From Trueperaceae bacterium (GTDB lineage Bacteria; Deinococcota; Deinococci; Deinococcales; Trueperaceae), in assembly GCA_965215565.1 (NCBI GenBank), contig CBDCDZ010000004.1, positions 960,001 to 1,024,000 on the forward strand: a stretch of DNA of 64,000 bases. Reading direction: 5' to 3'. This document shows positions 37,734-47,578 of the stretch, piece after piece. The notes beneath the pieces were generated by a model, which was not told the DNA's origin, ran no database searches, and worked only from the letters and a program-made list of their open reading frames with translations. The number at the start of each line of letters is the position of its first letter. Position 1 is the first letter of the stretch. The position numbers were made by a program, and so were the translations under genes.

Positions 37734-38954
37734 ATGACCCAAGCCGCCATCCAAGTGGACACCGCCGTCTACGGCACGCAAAGCTGCCCGCTCACAAGAG
37801 GGATTCGCGAGTGGTTGGGCGAACACGAAGTTCCTTACGACTTCTTTGACATTGAAAATGACGCCGACGCCGAAGAGCGCGTGCGGCAAATGAACAGTGG
37901 TCAGCTCAAGTATCCGATGGTCACGGTGGGCGACAGGGTCATGAAAAACCCGTCAGATGATGAGCTTAGAGACGCGCTTAGTGCGTCGGATATCGCGTTT
38001 ACAGACCCGGAAGAGGATTCGGAGGACATGGGCGTGCGCGGCGCACTCGACCGCTCGGCGTCGGGCGCACCAGCGGCGGGCAAAGCGGTGCGCGACATGT
38101 TCTCCACCGATGAGATTTTTCAGCGCATCACGGCGACGGCGGACGAGGAGTTTTCGCGCAGCAACCGCCTTTTGTTTCTGAGCGGTATCGCGGCGGGGCT
38201 TTCCATCGGCTTGACCTTTCTTGCGAGAGCCGCGCTGACGGGGCTCACGCCCTGGGACTCGAGCGGCTTAGTCGGCAACATACTCTATCCGGTGGGCTTC
38301 TTGCTCATCGTCATGGGGCGCTATCAGCTCTTTACGGAGAATACCCTCACGCCTGTGACGCTCGTCTTGACGCGCATCGCCTCGCTGCCGACGCTCCTCA
38401 GGGTGTGGGGCATCGTTTTGCTCGCCAACGTGCTCGGCGCGGCGCTCGTCGCACTCGTGTTAGCGACGACAGGCGTTCTAACGTCCGAAGGGGCAGAGGC
38501 GGCGCGGGGCTTTGCGTTGCACGGTCTCGAGACGCCCTGGTGGGATTTGTTCTGGAAGGGGCTCTTTGCGGGCTGGATCGTAGCGAGCATGGTCTGGCTG
38601 ACGCACGCGGCGCGGGACTCCATGACGCGCTTTTTCACCGTCTTCGTGTTGATGTTCATGATTCCGTCCGCCGACCTCTTTCACTGCATCATCGGCTCGA
38701 GTGAAGCGCTCTATTTGGTCTTTCAGGGCGAAGCGAGTTTGGCGGCGTCGGCGTTCGGCTTCTTTTTACCCGTCCTCTTAGGCAACACGCTCGGCGGCGT
38801 GCTCTTGGTTGGCATCCTCAACTACTCGCAGACGAGAGACGTGCGCTACCCGGACCGCGATTGCAGCACCTTGGAGCTGTCGTGGAGAGAGTGGTTGTTA
38901 GGAAATCATAAGGGGAGACCGCGGGCGCTGTCTCGTTCGTCTTCGGGGGATTAG
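37734..38954 (+). CDS. Glutaredoxin-like domain fused to a formate/nitrite transporter
   Basis: YGTQSCP...FFDIE...YPMVTVG, then QLFTENT, LFHCI, GNTLGG. Confidence 0.85.
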   Translation: MTQAAIQVDTAVYGTQSCPLTRGIREWLGEHEVPYDFFDIENDADAEERVRQMNSGQLKYPMVTVGDRVMKNPSDDELRDALSASDIAFTDPEEDSEDMGVRGALDRSASGAPAAGKAVRDMFSTDEIFQRITATADEEFSRSNRLLFLSGIAAGLSIGLTFLARAALTGLTPWDSSGLVGNILYPVGFLLIVMGRYQLFTENTLTPVTLVLTRIASLPTLLRVWGIVLLANVLGAALVALVLATTGVLTSEGAEAARGFALHGLETPWWDLFWKGLFAGWIVASMVWLTHAARDSMTRFFTVFVLMFMIPSADLFHCIIGSSEALYLVFQGEASLAASAFGFFLPVLLGNTLGGVLLVGILNYSQTRDVRYPDRDCSTLELSWREWLLGNHKGRPRALSRSSSGD

Positions 38955-39122
38955 GAAGAAGCTGTTAGCTCTTAGCGCAGTCAAAAGCCAAGGGCTCGAG
39001 TAAAAGAAAGGCAAGATAGCCTACGAGTGCGGCGTCAGCTTATCATTAAACTTCATCAAGCCGTGAAGATTTTGGACTAAAGTAAAGTGAGCGAATAAGG
39101 GCAGCGGAGAAAGAGGTCTCAA

Positions 39123-39407
39123 ATGGCTGAATGTCGAGATTTCGAAGGGCTAAGTCCGGTGACGCCGAGTGATGCAGGGTGTAAAGAATGCTTGGAGACG
39201 GGGGACTCGTGGGTGCATCTGCGCATCTGCTTGGCGTGTGGTCACGTCGGCTGCTGCGACTCGTCTAAAAACAAACATGCTACCAAGCACTTTCACGCTT
39301 CTGAGCACCCCGTCGTCCGCTCCTTCGAACCGGGCGAGGAGTGGGGCTACTGCTACGTTCACGAGCTGACCAAGCGTGAAGTGCCTGACTCGCTGGTCGA
39401 AGGCTAA
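39123..39407 (+). CDS. UBP-type zinc-finger protein
   Basis: CKECL...WVHLRICLACGHVGCCDSS..KHA..H. Confidence 0.9.
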   Translation: MAECRDFEGLSPVTPSDAGCKECLETGDSWVHLRICLACGHVGCCDSSKNKHATKHFHASEHPVVRSFEPGEEWGYCYVHELTKREVPDSLVEG

Positions 39408-39408
39408 G

Positions 39409-41031
39409 GTGGCGCACGCTCAGTATCCGTGCGACGAGGGCGTCGTTCGCGGGAGCCAAAAGAATATACCCTGCGCAGATAACGCCAAACCCTGGATTCT
39501 CGCCGCGACGATTTTGGGCTCCTCGATGGCGCAGATCAACTCCTCGACGGTCAACGTCGCGCTGCCCGCGCTGCAAGAGAGTTTGGGCGCGAACGTCGTG
39601 GATATTCAGTGGGTGGTGAACGCCTACACGCTCTTTTTGGCGGCGCTCATCCTCTTGGGTGGCTCCTTGGGGGACCACTTTGGGCGCAACCGTATCTTTA
39701 TGCTGGGCGTCGCGCTCTTCGCGGGTGCGGCGGTCTGGTGTGGGCTCGCGCCTAGTGTCACGCAGCTTATTGTCGCGAGAGGCGTGCAAGGTGTTGGCGG
39801 CGCACTCCTCGTTCCCGGCAGTTTGGCGATTATCAGCGCGTCCTTTCCCGAGGGTGAAAGAGGTCGCGCCATCGGGCTGTGGGCGGCGTTCTCTGCAATG
39901 ACTTCGGGGGCGGGTCCAGTTTTGGGGGGTTGGCTGATTGATACGCTCTCGTGGCGCTGGATTTTCTTTGTGAATATTCCGTTTGCCATCGCGGTGATTA
40001 CCATCGCCTGGTGGCGCGTGCCCGAAAGCCGCGACGATGAGGTCACGGGCGGGCTCGACTGGTGGGGCGCGGCTCTGGCGACGATTGGTTTGGGCGGCGT
40101 CACCTACGGCTTTTTGGAATCCTCGAACCGGGGCTTCGGCAACCTCTCCGTCATCGCGGCGTTCGTTATCGGCGTACTTGCCGTCGTTGCCTTCATCGTC
40201 GTAGAGCGGCGACTCAAAGCGCCGATGGTTCCCCTCAAGCTCTTCACCTCCAAAACGTTCAGCGGCGCGAACCTCTTGACCGTTTTGCTCTACGCGGCGC
40301 TGGGCGGCGCACTCTTCTTTTTACCCCTCAACCTCATTCAAGTGCAGGGCTACTCAGCGACGGCGGCGGGCGCAGCCTTACTCCCTTTTATCGTGCTGAT
40401 GTCGCTCCTCTCGAGCTGGTCCGGCGGTCTCATCGCTCGTTTCGGGGCGAGGCTGCCCCTCACGATTGGTCCTGTGATTGTCGCCGCAGGCTTTTTGCTC
40501 TTCACCCTGCCGGGGACGAGCGGTTCGTACTGGACGACGTTCTTTCCGGCGATTTCGGTGATGGGCTTCGGGATGGCGATTAGCGTTGCGCCCCTCACCA
40601 CAGCCGTGATGAACGCGGTGGCGACGCACTACGCGGGCACAGCCTCGGGCATTAACAATGCAGCTTCGAGGGTCGCGGGTCTCTTAGCCGTCGCCATCTT
40701 CGGCGTCGTGATGGTCATTGCCTTTGGCAGTGCGCTAAGAGGTCAGTTAGAGCCGCTCAACCTGAGCGAAGAGGTCAGGAGCACGATTCTCAGCAACCGG
40801 GCGGATTTGGCGAGTATCCAAGTTCCCGAAGAGGTCGCGGACACGGCAGCCGTTCAAACCGCGATCAACGAGGCGTTCGTCTACGGCTTTCGCGTGGTGA
40901 TGTTTATCTCGGCGGCGCTCGCGGCGCTGAGTGCGCTTATCGCTTGGGTGATGATCGAAGGGAAAGTGGCGGAGCAGGATGAGGCGCAAGGTGAGGCAGG
41001 GCAAACGACGGGAGAGGTGTCGGCGGCATAA
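39409..41031 (+). CDS. DHA2-family MFS transporter
   Basis: VNVALP, QWVVNAY, LGDHFGR, GPVLGG; GTG 1 nt after the upstream stop. Confidence 0.9.
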   Translation: MAHAQYPCDEGVVRGSQKNIPCADNAKPWILAATILGSSMAQINSSTVNVALPALQESLGANVVDIQWVVNAYTLFLAALILLGGSLGDHFGRNRIFMLGVALFAGAAVWCGLAPSVTQLIVARGVQGVGGALLVPGSLAIISASFPEGERGRAIGLWAAFSAMTSGAGPVLGGWLIDTLSWRWIFFVNIPFAIAVITIAWWRVPESRDDEVTGGLDWWGAALATIGLGGVTYGFLESSNRGFGNLSVIAAFVIGVLAVVAFIVVERRLKAPMVPLKLFTSKTFSGANLLTVLLYAALGGALFFLPLNLIQVQGYSATAAGAALLPFIVLMSLLSSWSGGLIARFGARLPLTIGPVIVAAGFLLFTLPGTSGSYWTTFFPAISVMGFGMAISVAPLTTAVMNAVATHYAGTASGINNAASRVAGLLAVAIFGVVMVIAFGSALRGQLEPLNLSEEVRSTILSNRADLASIQVPEEVADTAAVQTAINEAFVYGFRVVMFISAALAALSALIAWVMIEGKVAEQDEAQGEAGQTTGEVSAA

Positions 41032-41071
41032 AGTATTAGCATTTTTGTCACCCCCGCGTCATACCCACTTC

Positions 41072-41108
41072 GGGGTAAGTTACGAAATCAAGTTTCGTAA
41101 CTTACCCC
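41072..41108. terminator. 16-bp perfect hairpin between convergent genes
   Basis: GGGGTAAGTTACGAAA / TTTCGTAACTTACCCC. Confidence 0.7.
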
Positions 41109-41114
41109 AAATAT

Positions 41115-41744
41115 TCACCCCAAAAGGGTATCATCTCCTGCTAGCGGTTCCATGTGCCGCGCGTCATTCACCCGCTCAATCACCATCTCCCCGTTCCGAC
41201 AAATCACGCGGGTCAGGCTCGTATGGCGCAGAAAGATACGCTTGCGCCATCTCGGGTGCTCCACGCCCATGATGTGGCTGAGGAGCATCTGAATCGTGCC
41301 GGAGTGGGTGAAGGCGACGGTGTGCCCGTCGGATAAATTCATGAGCCAATCCACCACCCTGAGCCGCAAGTCCTCGTAGGACTCGCCCTCTGGCGTGCGG
41401 TGCCTGAAGGGGTCTTGGTACCAGGTGTTCCACGCGCTCGAGGCGACGTTCTGCGCCAAGGTGCGCCCCTCGAACGCGCCAAAGTTCAACTCTTTAAGAC
41501 GTTCATCCCGCTGAATCTCGCGCCCCGGCAACGCGATTTGCGCAGTTTGATAGGCGCGTTTGAGGGGACTCGAGACCACCCTACCGGTAGTTAGCCCGTT
41601 TTGCTCCAAGGTTTCGAGCCGTGCGCGCAACGCCTCCGCTTGCGCCCTACCCTCTTCGGAAAGCTCGATATCGCTGTGCCCTTGAAATTTGCCCGCTGTA
41701 TTCCATTCGGTAAGTCCGTGACGGATAAGAAGAAGCTGTCGCAT
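41115..41744 (-). CDS. Histidine phosphatase (phosphoglycerate mutase family)
   Basis: LIRHG, SSPLKRA, ELNFG.FEG, GES. Confidence 0.9.
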   Translation of the reverse strand: MRQLLLIRHGLTEWNTAGKFQGHSDIELSEEGRAQAEALRARLETLEQNGLTTGRVVSSPLKRAYQTAQIALPGREIQRDERLKELNFGAFEGRTLAQNVASSAWNTWYQDPFRHRTPEGESYEDLRLRVVDWLMNLSDGHTVAFTHSGTIQMLLSHIMGVEHPRWRKRIFLRHTSLTRVICRNGEMVIERVNDARHMEPLAGDDTLLG

Positions 41745-41792
41745 GGATAAGAGCAAGTGTAACAGATTCCACATCCAACTGTCATGGTTTTG

Positions 41793-42584
41793 TCACGCCG
41801 CATCCAACTTCGTCGCCATGAAAAGCGCCGCCTCGTGGACGAGCGCGTGGAGTACACCCTCTTGTTCCTCAACCTTGAAGTAACGCTTGTAGGTTTCGGG
41901 CAAGCTGAGGATATACGCCTCGAGCACGTCCCCATTCGGCTCGGAGGTTTGCGCCCTACGCAGCCACTCCCTGAAATCTTTGCGGGTTTCCCACCTCGAG
42001 AAGTGCAGGAGTTCTAAGCGCGTCTCGGCGAACCAGTTCAGCCAGGTTGCCACGCTGTACGCCTCAGCGTGGCTAGGGTCCCTGACCCTTTCGATGTGGT
42101 TCATGACCCGCGCCAACTCGCTCGGCGTCGGCGCGACGTTGTCAACGAGCAGGAAGCGTCCGCCAGGCTTGAGCACCCTTGCGCTCTCTTTAAGAAACAC
42201 TACAGGGTCCGCGAAGTGGTGCGCGGCGATGCGGCACGTGACGATGTCGAAGGAAGCGCTCCCAAAAGGGAGGTCTTCGGCGGCGGCAGAAGCGAAGGTC
42301 ACGCTCGCCCTCACCTCAGCGGCTTCCTCTTTGGAGGAGGCTTCGGCGGCCCTTAACATCTCTGGCGTCAGGTCGGTTGCGACGACGTCTGCACCCGCCC
42401 TGGCAAAAGCGAGCGCGGTGTGCCCGCCGCCCGTCGCGATGTCGAGGACGCGCGCTCCCGAAACGTCACCCGCAAGCTCTACCATGAGTGCCAGCTCTGC
42501 CCCCTTAGCGTGCCCCTCGCTATGAACATAGCCCTCGGCGCTCTTGCCGAACTGCGCTCTAACTTTGCTATACGTATCGGTCAT
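41793..42584 (-). CDS. Class I SAM-dependent methyltransferase
   Basis: VLDIATGGG, AEDLPF, RIAAHHF, RVLKPGG. Confidence 0.9.
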   Translation of the reverse strand: MTDTYSKVRAQFGKSAEGYVHSEGHAKGAELALMVELAGDVSGARVLDIATGGGHTALAFARAGADVVATDLTPEMLRAAEASSKEEAAEVRASVTFASAAAEDLPFGSASFDIVTCRIAAHHFADPVVFLKESARVLKPGGRFLLVDNVAPTPSELARVMNHIERVRDPSHAEAYSVATWLNWFAETRLELLHFSRWETRKDFREWLRRAQTSEPNGDVLEAYILSLPETYKRYFKVEEQEGVLHALVHEAALFMATKLDAA

Positions 42585-42751
42585 AAGTCCCACGTTGAAC
42601 CTCTTATCTCATCTTAGCACCATGTCTCTCATACGGTCGGGTTATTCGTCAGGTGGGCTTATTTTGTAGGTATCAGCGTCAGCAAGGTTGAGCGTCCAAC
42701 GGTCATTCCGCGTGAGGAAGGGCTCGAGCCTCACAACCCGCACGACTTCGC

Positions 42752-44587
42752 CTACAGCGGGACCAAACCTGCTTTTTGCAACACGCCGAACGTCTCATCT
42801 AATACCTTTTCGGGCGGCACAAAGACCACGAATCCGTCGCGCCCCCGGCTCAGCAGCACCCGGTACGCATTGAGCCGCAAACGGTGCGGGTCTTTAGCTT
42901 TCGAACGCGGCGACGCCTTGGACCACCACGCGCCCTCTTGTGCGCGCAAGTCGCTCCCCCAACAGACGACGGGGAAGTCGAGTTCTAACCCCTGACACGC
43001 GAACTCGGTGGCGACAGCGTCTAGAGCGCAGCACGAGTTAGGCGAGTCGGGTGCGTCGATGTACCAGGGTCCGACTTTGAGGCGTTTGGTAGATTGATAG
43101 TCGTTATACACGCCGTGCTTAGGGAGGTTGCTCCCTTTGGAGGAGGCGAGCAGACCGTAACGCTTTTCCTGATTGCCCTCGTAGCGCTCGAGGCAATAGG
43201 TTTTGGCAGCCTCTAAATCTCGGGTCAAATACATCGCGAAGCCTTGGTTTTGGATACTCGAGGCCAAACCTTCAGCCCCCGCTACGTCCCCAGCTAACAG
43301 CCGCGCTACCCAGCGCTGCACATCTTCGGCTAGGTGCGTCCGCAAAGAGGTCGTGAGGTCTAAGAAGGACTGGGGCTCCAAATCCAACGACGGATTGAAT
43401 TCTGGCTCGAGCCTTTCGGGAAGGTGCACCGTCCAGGCTTCACTAGCGCCCTGTACCGCATCACTCCACTGCTCGACGCCCTCTTCTTCGCCGATATGAA
43501 TCTCTTGGCCCTCCCCGATGAGCGCTAGCATCACGCAGTATTCAGGGATGCGCTCGGCAACCTCGAACATGAGTTGCGGGTTCGTCACCTCGACGCCGTA
43601 CTTCTCGCTCATGCGCTCCTTGTCCCAAGCGCGCTGCGCCTCGTCAAACACAATAAGGTGCTCGGGCGGCGCAGACTGATTTTTGACGGCATGTTGAATG
43701 AAGAAGTTGCGAATCGGCTGCACGAAGACGCGGCTCTTGAGCGCATATTGCAACACTTGGACAAGAGGTCCGTTGCCCGAGAGAAGCACGGCGTTCGCCT
43801 CGTGCTCCTCTTTATAGGTTTGGTGGACGAACTGCAAGCCAACCAGCGTTTTACCCGCTCCCGGAACCCCTGTGACTAACATAAGATGACGCTCGCCGCA
43901 CCTTTTCGCCCGCTCGACGATCTCGCTGAGATAATTCATCACCTCGGGAATCCCTGCGCTCTGCGCCCGCCGCACGGAAGGAAGAGGTTCATTCGCGAAG
44001 ATGTGGCGGGCGGCTTGGATAACGGAGGGAAGTGGGGCGTAGTCGGCAGTGAGCCAAGCATCCGCGTCGATGGGGGAAGAGGGCTCTATCTCTAACCCTT
44101 GCAACCACCCCGCCAAGCTACGAGGCGCAATCACCTGCACCGCTCTAACCTCTTCCGATTCCTCCCGCTGTGTCGGGATGAGCACGGGAATAACAGGACG
44201 CTCGTGCGACGCCTCGTGATAGTTCGCCAAATCCCGCGCGTACGCCGCCACTTGGTCTACGTCCGCTGTGAGGAGACCGGACTTCTCTTTGAACTCTAAG
44301 ACCACTACGTTCCCCTTAGCGAGGAGCACCACGTCAGGACGCCGCCCGCCCTCTCTCGGCAGTTCATACTCAAAAACGAGCGTCCAACTTTTAGCGCTTT
44401 CGTCCGCTTCTATGACCTCTTTAAGCGCGTCTTGCAATACCTCAAACGAGCCTTTCCACGCCGTCACTTGCTGCTGGCTCGGTCTCTGACGAGTCATCGC
44501 GTCAAAGTTCTGCGCCACCTCTTGCAGCCAAAACTCGTAAGGGATGTTGAGAAAGTCTGCGACATCGCTTGCCCAGCAGTAATTCAT
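42752..44587 (-). CDS. PD-(D/E)XK nuclease fused to a DUF2075 (Schlafen group 3-like) helicase
   Basis: RRPDVVL...VLEFK; Walker A GVPGAGKT; DEAQR; CQGLELD; YRVLLSRGR. Confidence 0.85.
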   Translation of the reverse strand: MNYCWASDVADFLNIPYEFWLQEVAQNFDAMTRQRPSQQQVTAWKGSFEVLQDALKEVIEADESAKSWTLVFEYELPREGGRRPDVVLLAKGNVVVLEFKEKSGLLTADVDQVAAYARDLANYHEASHERPVIPVLIPTQREESEEVRAVQVIAPRSLAGWLQGLEIEPSSPIDADAWLTADYAPLPSVIQAARHIFANEPLPSVRRAQSAGIPEVMNYLSEIVERAKRCGERHLMLVTGVPGAGKTLVGLQFVHQTYKEEHEANAVLLSGNGPLVQVLQYALKSRVFVQPIRNFFIQHAVKNQSAPPEHLIVFDEAQRAWDKERMSEKYGVEVTNPQLMFEVAERIPEYCVMLALIGEGQEIHIGEEEGVEQWSDAVQGASEAWTVHLPERLEPEFNPSLDLEPQSFLDLTTSLRTHLAEDVQRWVARLLAGDVAGAEGLASSIQNQGFAMYLTRDLEAAKTYCLERYEGNQEKRYGLLASSKGSNLPKHGVYNDYQSTKRLKVGPWYIDAPDSPNSCCALDAVATEFACQGLELDFPVVCWGSDLRAQEGAWWSKASPRSKAKDPHRLRLNAYRVLLSRGRDGFVVFVPPEKVLDETFGVLQKAGLVPL

Positions 44588-44627
44588 AGGGTCATCGTTA
44601 CCTAATTGGTGAGAGGTAAAATAGCGG

Positions 44628-44704
44628 GCGGACTGCAATAAAAAAGTTGAAAGCAATAAGCAACGAGTAATGAGTGAAACCCTTTAGACTCATTGCTCAT
44701 TGCT
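44628..44704 (+). repeat. 77-bp heptamer-based hairpin repeat, copy 1
   Basis: Direct repeat of 46653-46729. Confidence 0.85.
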
Positions 44705-44767
44705 ACTTTTATCATCTCTTCCATGTACTTAGGTACAAGGTGTTTCAACCGTCTAGCGCGGTTCCTT

Positions 44768-46531
44768 TTAGATGAGCGCCTCGAGCCTCAACGCCACCTC
44801 GAACGTTTCCCCGTCACGTTCTAGGCTCAATGTTCTCGAACTGCCCGCTTCCGTCAAAAGCTCGCGAACGTCGTTGAGGGTGTAATCGTTAGCGGGCGTT
44901 CCGTCTACCTTCCCCAACACATCCCCCATTTGCAGACCTGCTCGCTCAGCAGGCGAGTCAGCGAGAACTGCTTGTACCGTGACGCGCTCTAAATTCTCTG
45001 CCACGAGCCGCAACCCGCTCGCGTCGTAGACGAAAGGCGCGCCGAATTCGGCGTTGGGCTCTAAAATCATCTCCTGAGCGCTGTAGTCAAAGAAGACCCG
45101 AAAGCGCTTCAAGAGGTCGCCGCCGATGAGCCCTGCTAAAGCGTCGGTCTCGAGCGAACCCGAGGTGCTTTCGGATAAGGTTGTGACGATGTCGGTAAAT
45201 TCATACGCGCCTAAGCGCATACCGGGCAGACGCGCCACCGACTCCCGCGACGCGCCGCCGACGCCGCTGACTTGTTCGGGCAGCTCGAGCACCTTAGGAA
45301 CGGCGCTTTTGACGCCGTGACGTTCGGTGAAGAGGCGGTTGAGGTAAAGCGCCATGCGTGCGCCTGTATCAACTAAGAAGGTACCACTGGCGCGTTCTCC
45401 CTCCCCAAGCAAAACGTCCGCGTGAATATGTGGATGGTTGTTTTGCAGCGTAAAAGGGATATGCTCGCCAGGACCTTCATATACAAATATTTCAGGTGAA
45501 TGAAAGGTGACCTCTTTAGCTGCGTAGTCCACCTCGAGCACCGCTCGCCCGAGTATGTCGTAGCCCAAGATGAGGTCGATCGTGCGCCCCTCGAGCGGCT
45601 CTAAAGGCGTGAGGTCGATTGTGGCGAACGAGGTCTCTTCCAGGGCGTGACCGCCGAGCTTGAGGTTGACCCCTTTGACGTGACCCAAGTCTTGAGAGCC
45701 TTCACCGCCGCCTCTCACCTCGAGCTTGCCCGTCTCCTCTAGCCCTAAGTCATCAACCAAACTGCTGTTAAGGACCGAGCCGCCCGCGCCCGTATCGACG
45801 ATGATATTGAGCGGACGCGAGTTTCCAATCTGCCCCTCTATATAAATGTGGTTAGAGACAAGATCAAAGGGAAGCGTCACCTGGGGGTCTTCAAAAAGGG
45901 GCGCAGCATCGGCGGGCAGCTTGGCGAAGAGGTCGTCATTTAGAGGTTCGCCGAGCCGCACCGCTTCGACGTGAAACAGAGCGTCGTACTTGGCGTCGCC
46001 CGTACCCTGCCGCGACGCGAACGCAAACATGACGCCTTCCACCTCGCGCCAATCCGAGAACGTCGTCGTTTCGGTGCGATTATGAATGACCTCTTCTTGC
46101 TTGACGGGCAAAAAGGTGTCGCCCGCCAGATAGACTTTGACGGCGCGTCCACCCTGGGGGTGCAGCTCGAGCGCGTGCGCCCCCTCCTCTTCTCCCAAAT
46201 AAACCGCTTCTCCCGGCAAACGCTCCGCGATGAGGTGGGAAAAACTTCCTAAGTAGGCTTGCGTTCGTTCGGCCTCGAGTTCTGAGTCCGCAAGCTCGCG
46301 CACCAAGCCGTTTTGGTCCTTGACCCAACCCCGCTCGCCGTCATAAACACGAAGCTCGCTGTAAACGTCGCCCAAGTTGAACGACGCTCTGCGCTCGCCG
46401 CCCGGTTGCTGCCAAATCTCATACGTCCCGCTCAGCCCGCCCGTCTCCAAGGTCATGCGCTGGTACACGCTGCCAACGGCAACGTGACCCAACGCTCGCC
46501 GCCAATTATGCAGTAAGTCCGCAATGTTCAT
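44768..46531 (-). CDS. Tandem retropepsin-like aspartyl protease with PDZ domain
   Basis: Two DTGA motifs, ILGYD and GLIGGD, C-terminal SPAERAGL..GD; GGAGG RBS. Confidence 0.85.
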   Translation of the reverse strand: MNIADLLHNWRRALGHVAVGSVYQRMTLETGGLSGTYEIWQQPGGERRASFNLGDVYSELRVYDGERGWVKDQNGLVRELADSELEAERTQAYLGSFSHLIAERLPGEAVYLGEEEGAHALELHPQGGRAVKVYLAGDTFLPVKQEEVIHNRTETTTFSDWREVEGVMFAFASRQGTGDAKYDALFHVEAVRLGEPLNDDLFAKLPADAAPLFEDPQVTLPFDLVSNHIYIEGQIGNSRPLNIIVDTGAGGSVLNSSLVDDLGLEETGKLEVRGGGEGSQDLGHVKGVNLKLGGHALEETSFATIDLTPLEPLEGRTIDLILGYDILGRAVLEVDYAAKEVTFHSPEIFVYEGPGEHIPFTLQNNHPHIHADVLLGEGERASGTFLVDTGARMALYLNRLFTERHGVKSAVPKVLELPEQVSGVGGASRESVARLPGMRLGAYEFTDIVTTLSESTSGSLETDALAGLIGGDLLKRFRVFFDYSAQEMILEPNAEFGAPFVYDASGLRLVAENLERVTVQAVLADSPAERAGLQMGDVLGKVDGTPANDYTLNDVRELLTEAGSSRTLSLERDGETFEVALRLEALI

Positions 46532-46652
46532 AACGCCTCCCACAAAGTTCACGCCGCGCCGCTCATGCTAATCTTTAGAGATAAGGTAGCACTTTGTAGG
46601 GGCTGCGCGTTCTAAAACGAAAAGCGTAGGGCGATGAAGAGGTGAGGTAGGA

Positions 46653-46729
46653 GCGGACTGCAATGAAAAAGTTGAAAGCAATGAGCAACGAGCAATGAGT
46701 GAAAACCTTTAGACTCATTGCTCATTGCT
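46653..46729 (+). repeat. 77-bp heptamer-based hairpin repeat, copy 2
   Basis: GCGGACTGCAATGAAAAAGTTGAA-AGCAATG-AGCAACG-AGCAATG...CTCATTG-CTCATTG. Confidence 0.85.
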
Positions 46730-46784
46730 GCCTTTTGTCACCCCCCTTCCAGAGCCCCCGCCACTTTCCTGCTAAGTTCGCCAC

Positions 46785-47501
46785 ATGGACATTCAAGGAA
46801 AAACCGCATTTATTACAGGTGGAAGTAAAGGTATTGGCTACGGCGTGGCGGAAGCATTGGTCAAGGAGGGCGCGAACGTCGCTATCACCTCTCGGCATAA
46901 AGATGAGGTCGAAGAGGCGGCGCAGAAGCTGACCGATATGGGACCGGGGAAGGCGTTGGGTTTAGAGTGCAACGTCCGCAACTTGGATGAGCAACAAGAG
47001 GCTGCTAAGAAAACGGTGGACGAGTTCGGCAGCCTGGACATTCTCATCGCCAACGCGGGCGTCGGACGCTTCGCCCCGATTGACGAGATGGAGCCGAGCG
47101 ACTGGCACGACATGATCGACACAAATCTCACGGGCGTCTTCTACAGCGTCAAGGCGACGGTGGAGGCGCTTAAAAAGTCCGAAGGCTACATCATCACGAT
47201 TTCGTCATTGGCAGGGAAAAATCCCATGGCGGGCGGCTCCGGTTACAACGCGAGCAAGTTCGGGCTGGACGGCTTTAGCGAGGCGATCATGCTGGATTTA
47301 CGGCAAAAAGGCATCAAGGTTTCAACGATTATGCCAGGTTCTGTGGCGACGTACTTTGGCGGTCAGACGCCCACGGAAGAGGACGCTTGGAAGATTCAGT
47401 CGGAGGACATTGCCAAGCTCTGCGTTGACCTCTTGACGATGCATGAGCGCACGCTGCCGAGCCGGGTGGAGGTGCGTCCGAGTCAGCCGCCTAGCAGCTA
47501 A
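46785..47501 (+). CDS. SDR family oxidoreductase
   Basis: TGGSKGIG, NAG, YNASK. Confidence 0.93.
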   Translation: MDIQGKTAFITGGSKGIGYGVAEALVKEGANVAITSRHKDEVEEAAQKLTDMGPGKALGLECNVRNLDEQQEAAKKTVDEFGSLDILIANAGVGRFAPIDEMEPSDWHDMIDTNLTGVFYSVKATVEALKKSEGYIITISSLAGKNPMAGGSGYNASKFGLDGFSEAIMLDLRQKGIKVSTIMPGSVATYFGGQTPTEEDAWKIQSEDIAKLCVDLLTMHERTLPSRVEVRPSQPPSS

Positions 47502-47578
47502 GAGAGGAAGAGGTAGAAATAGGGAGACCCGTCGCGGTGCTCCCTATTCTTTGAAAAACTGTGCCGTACCTATCTAGT

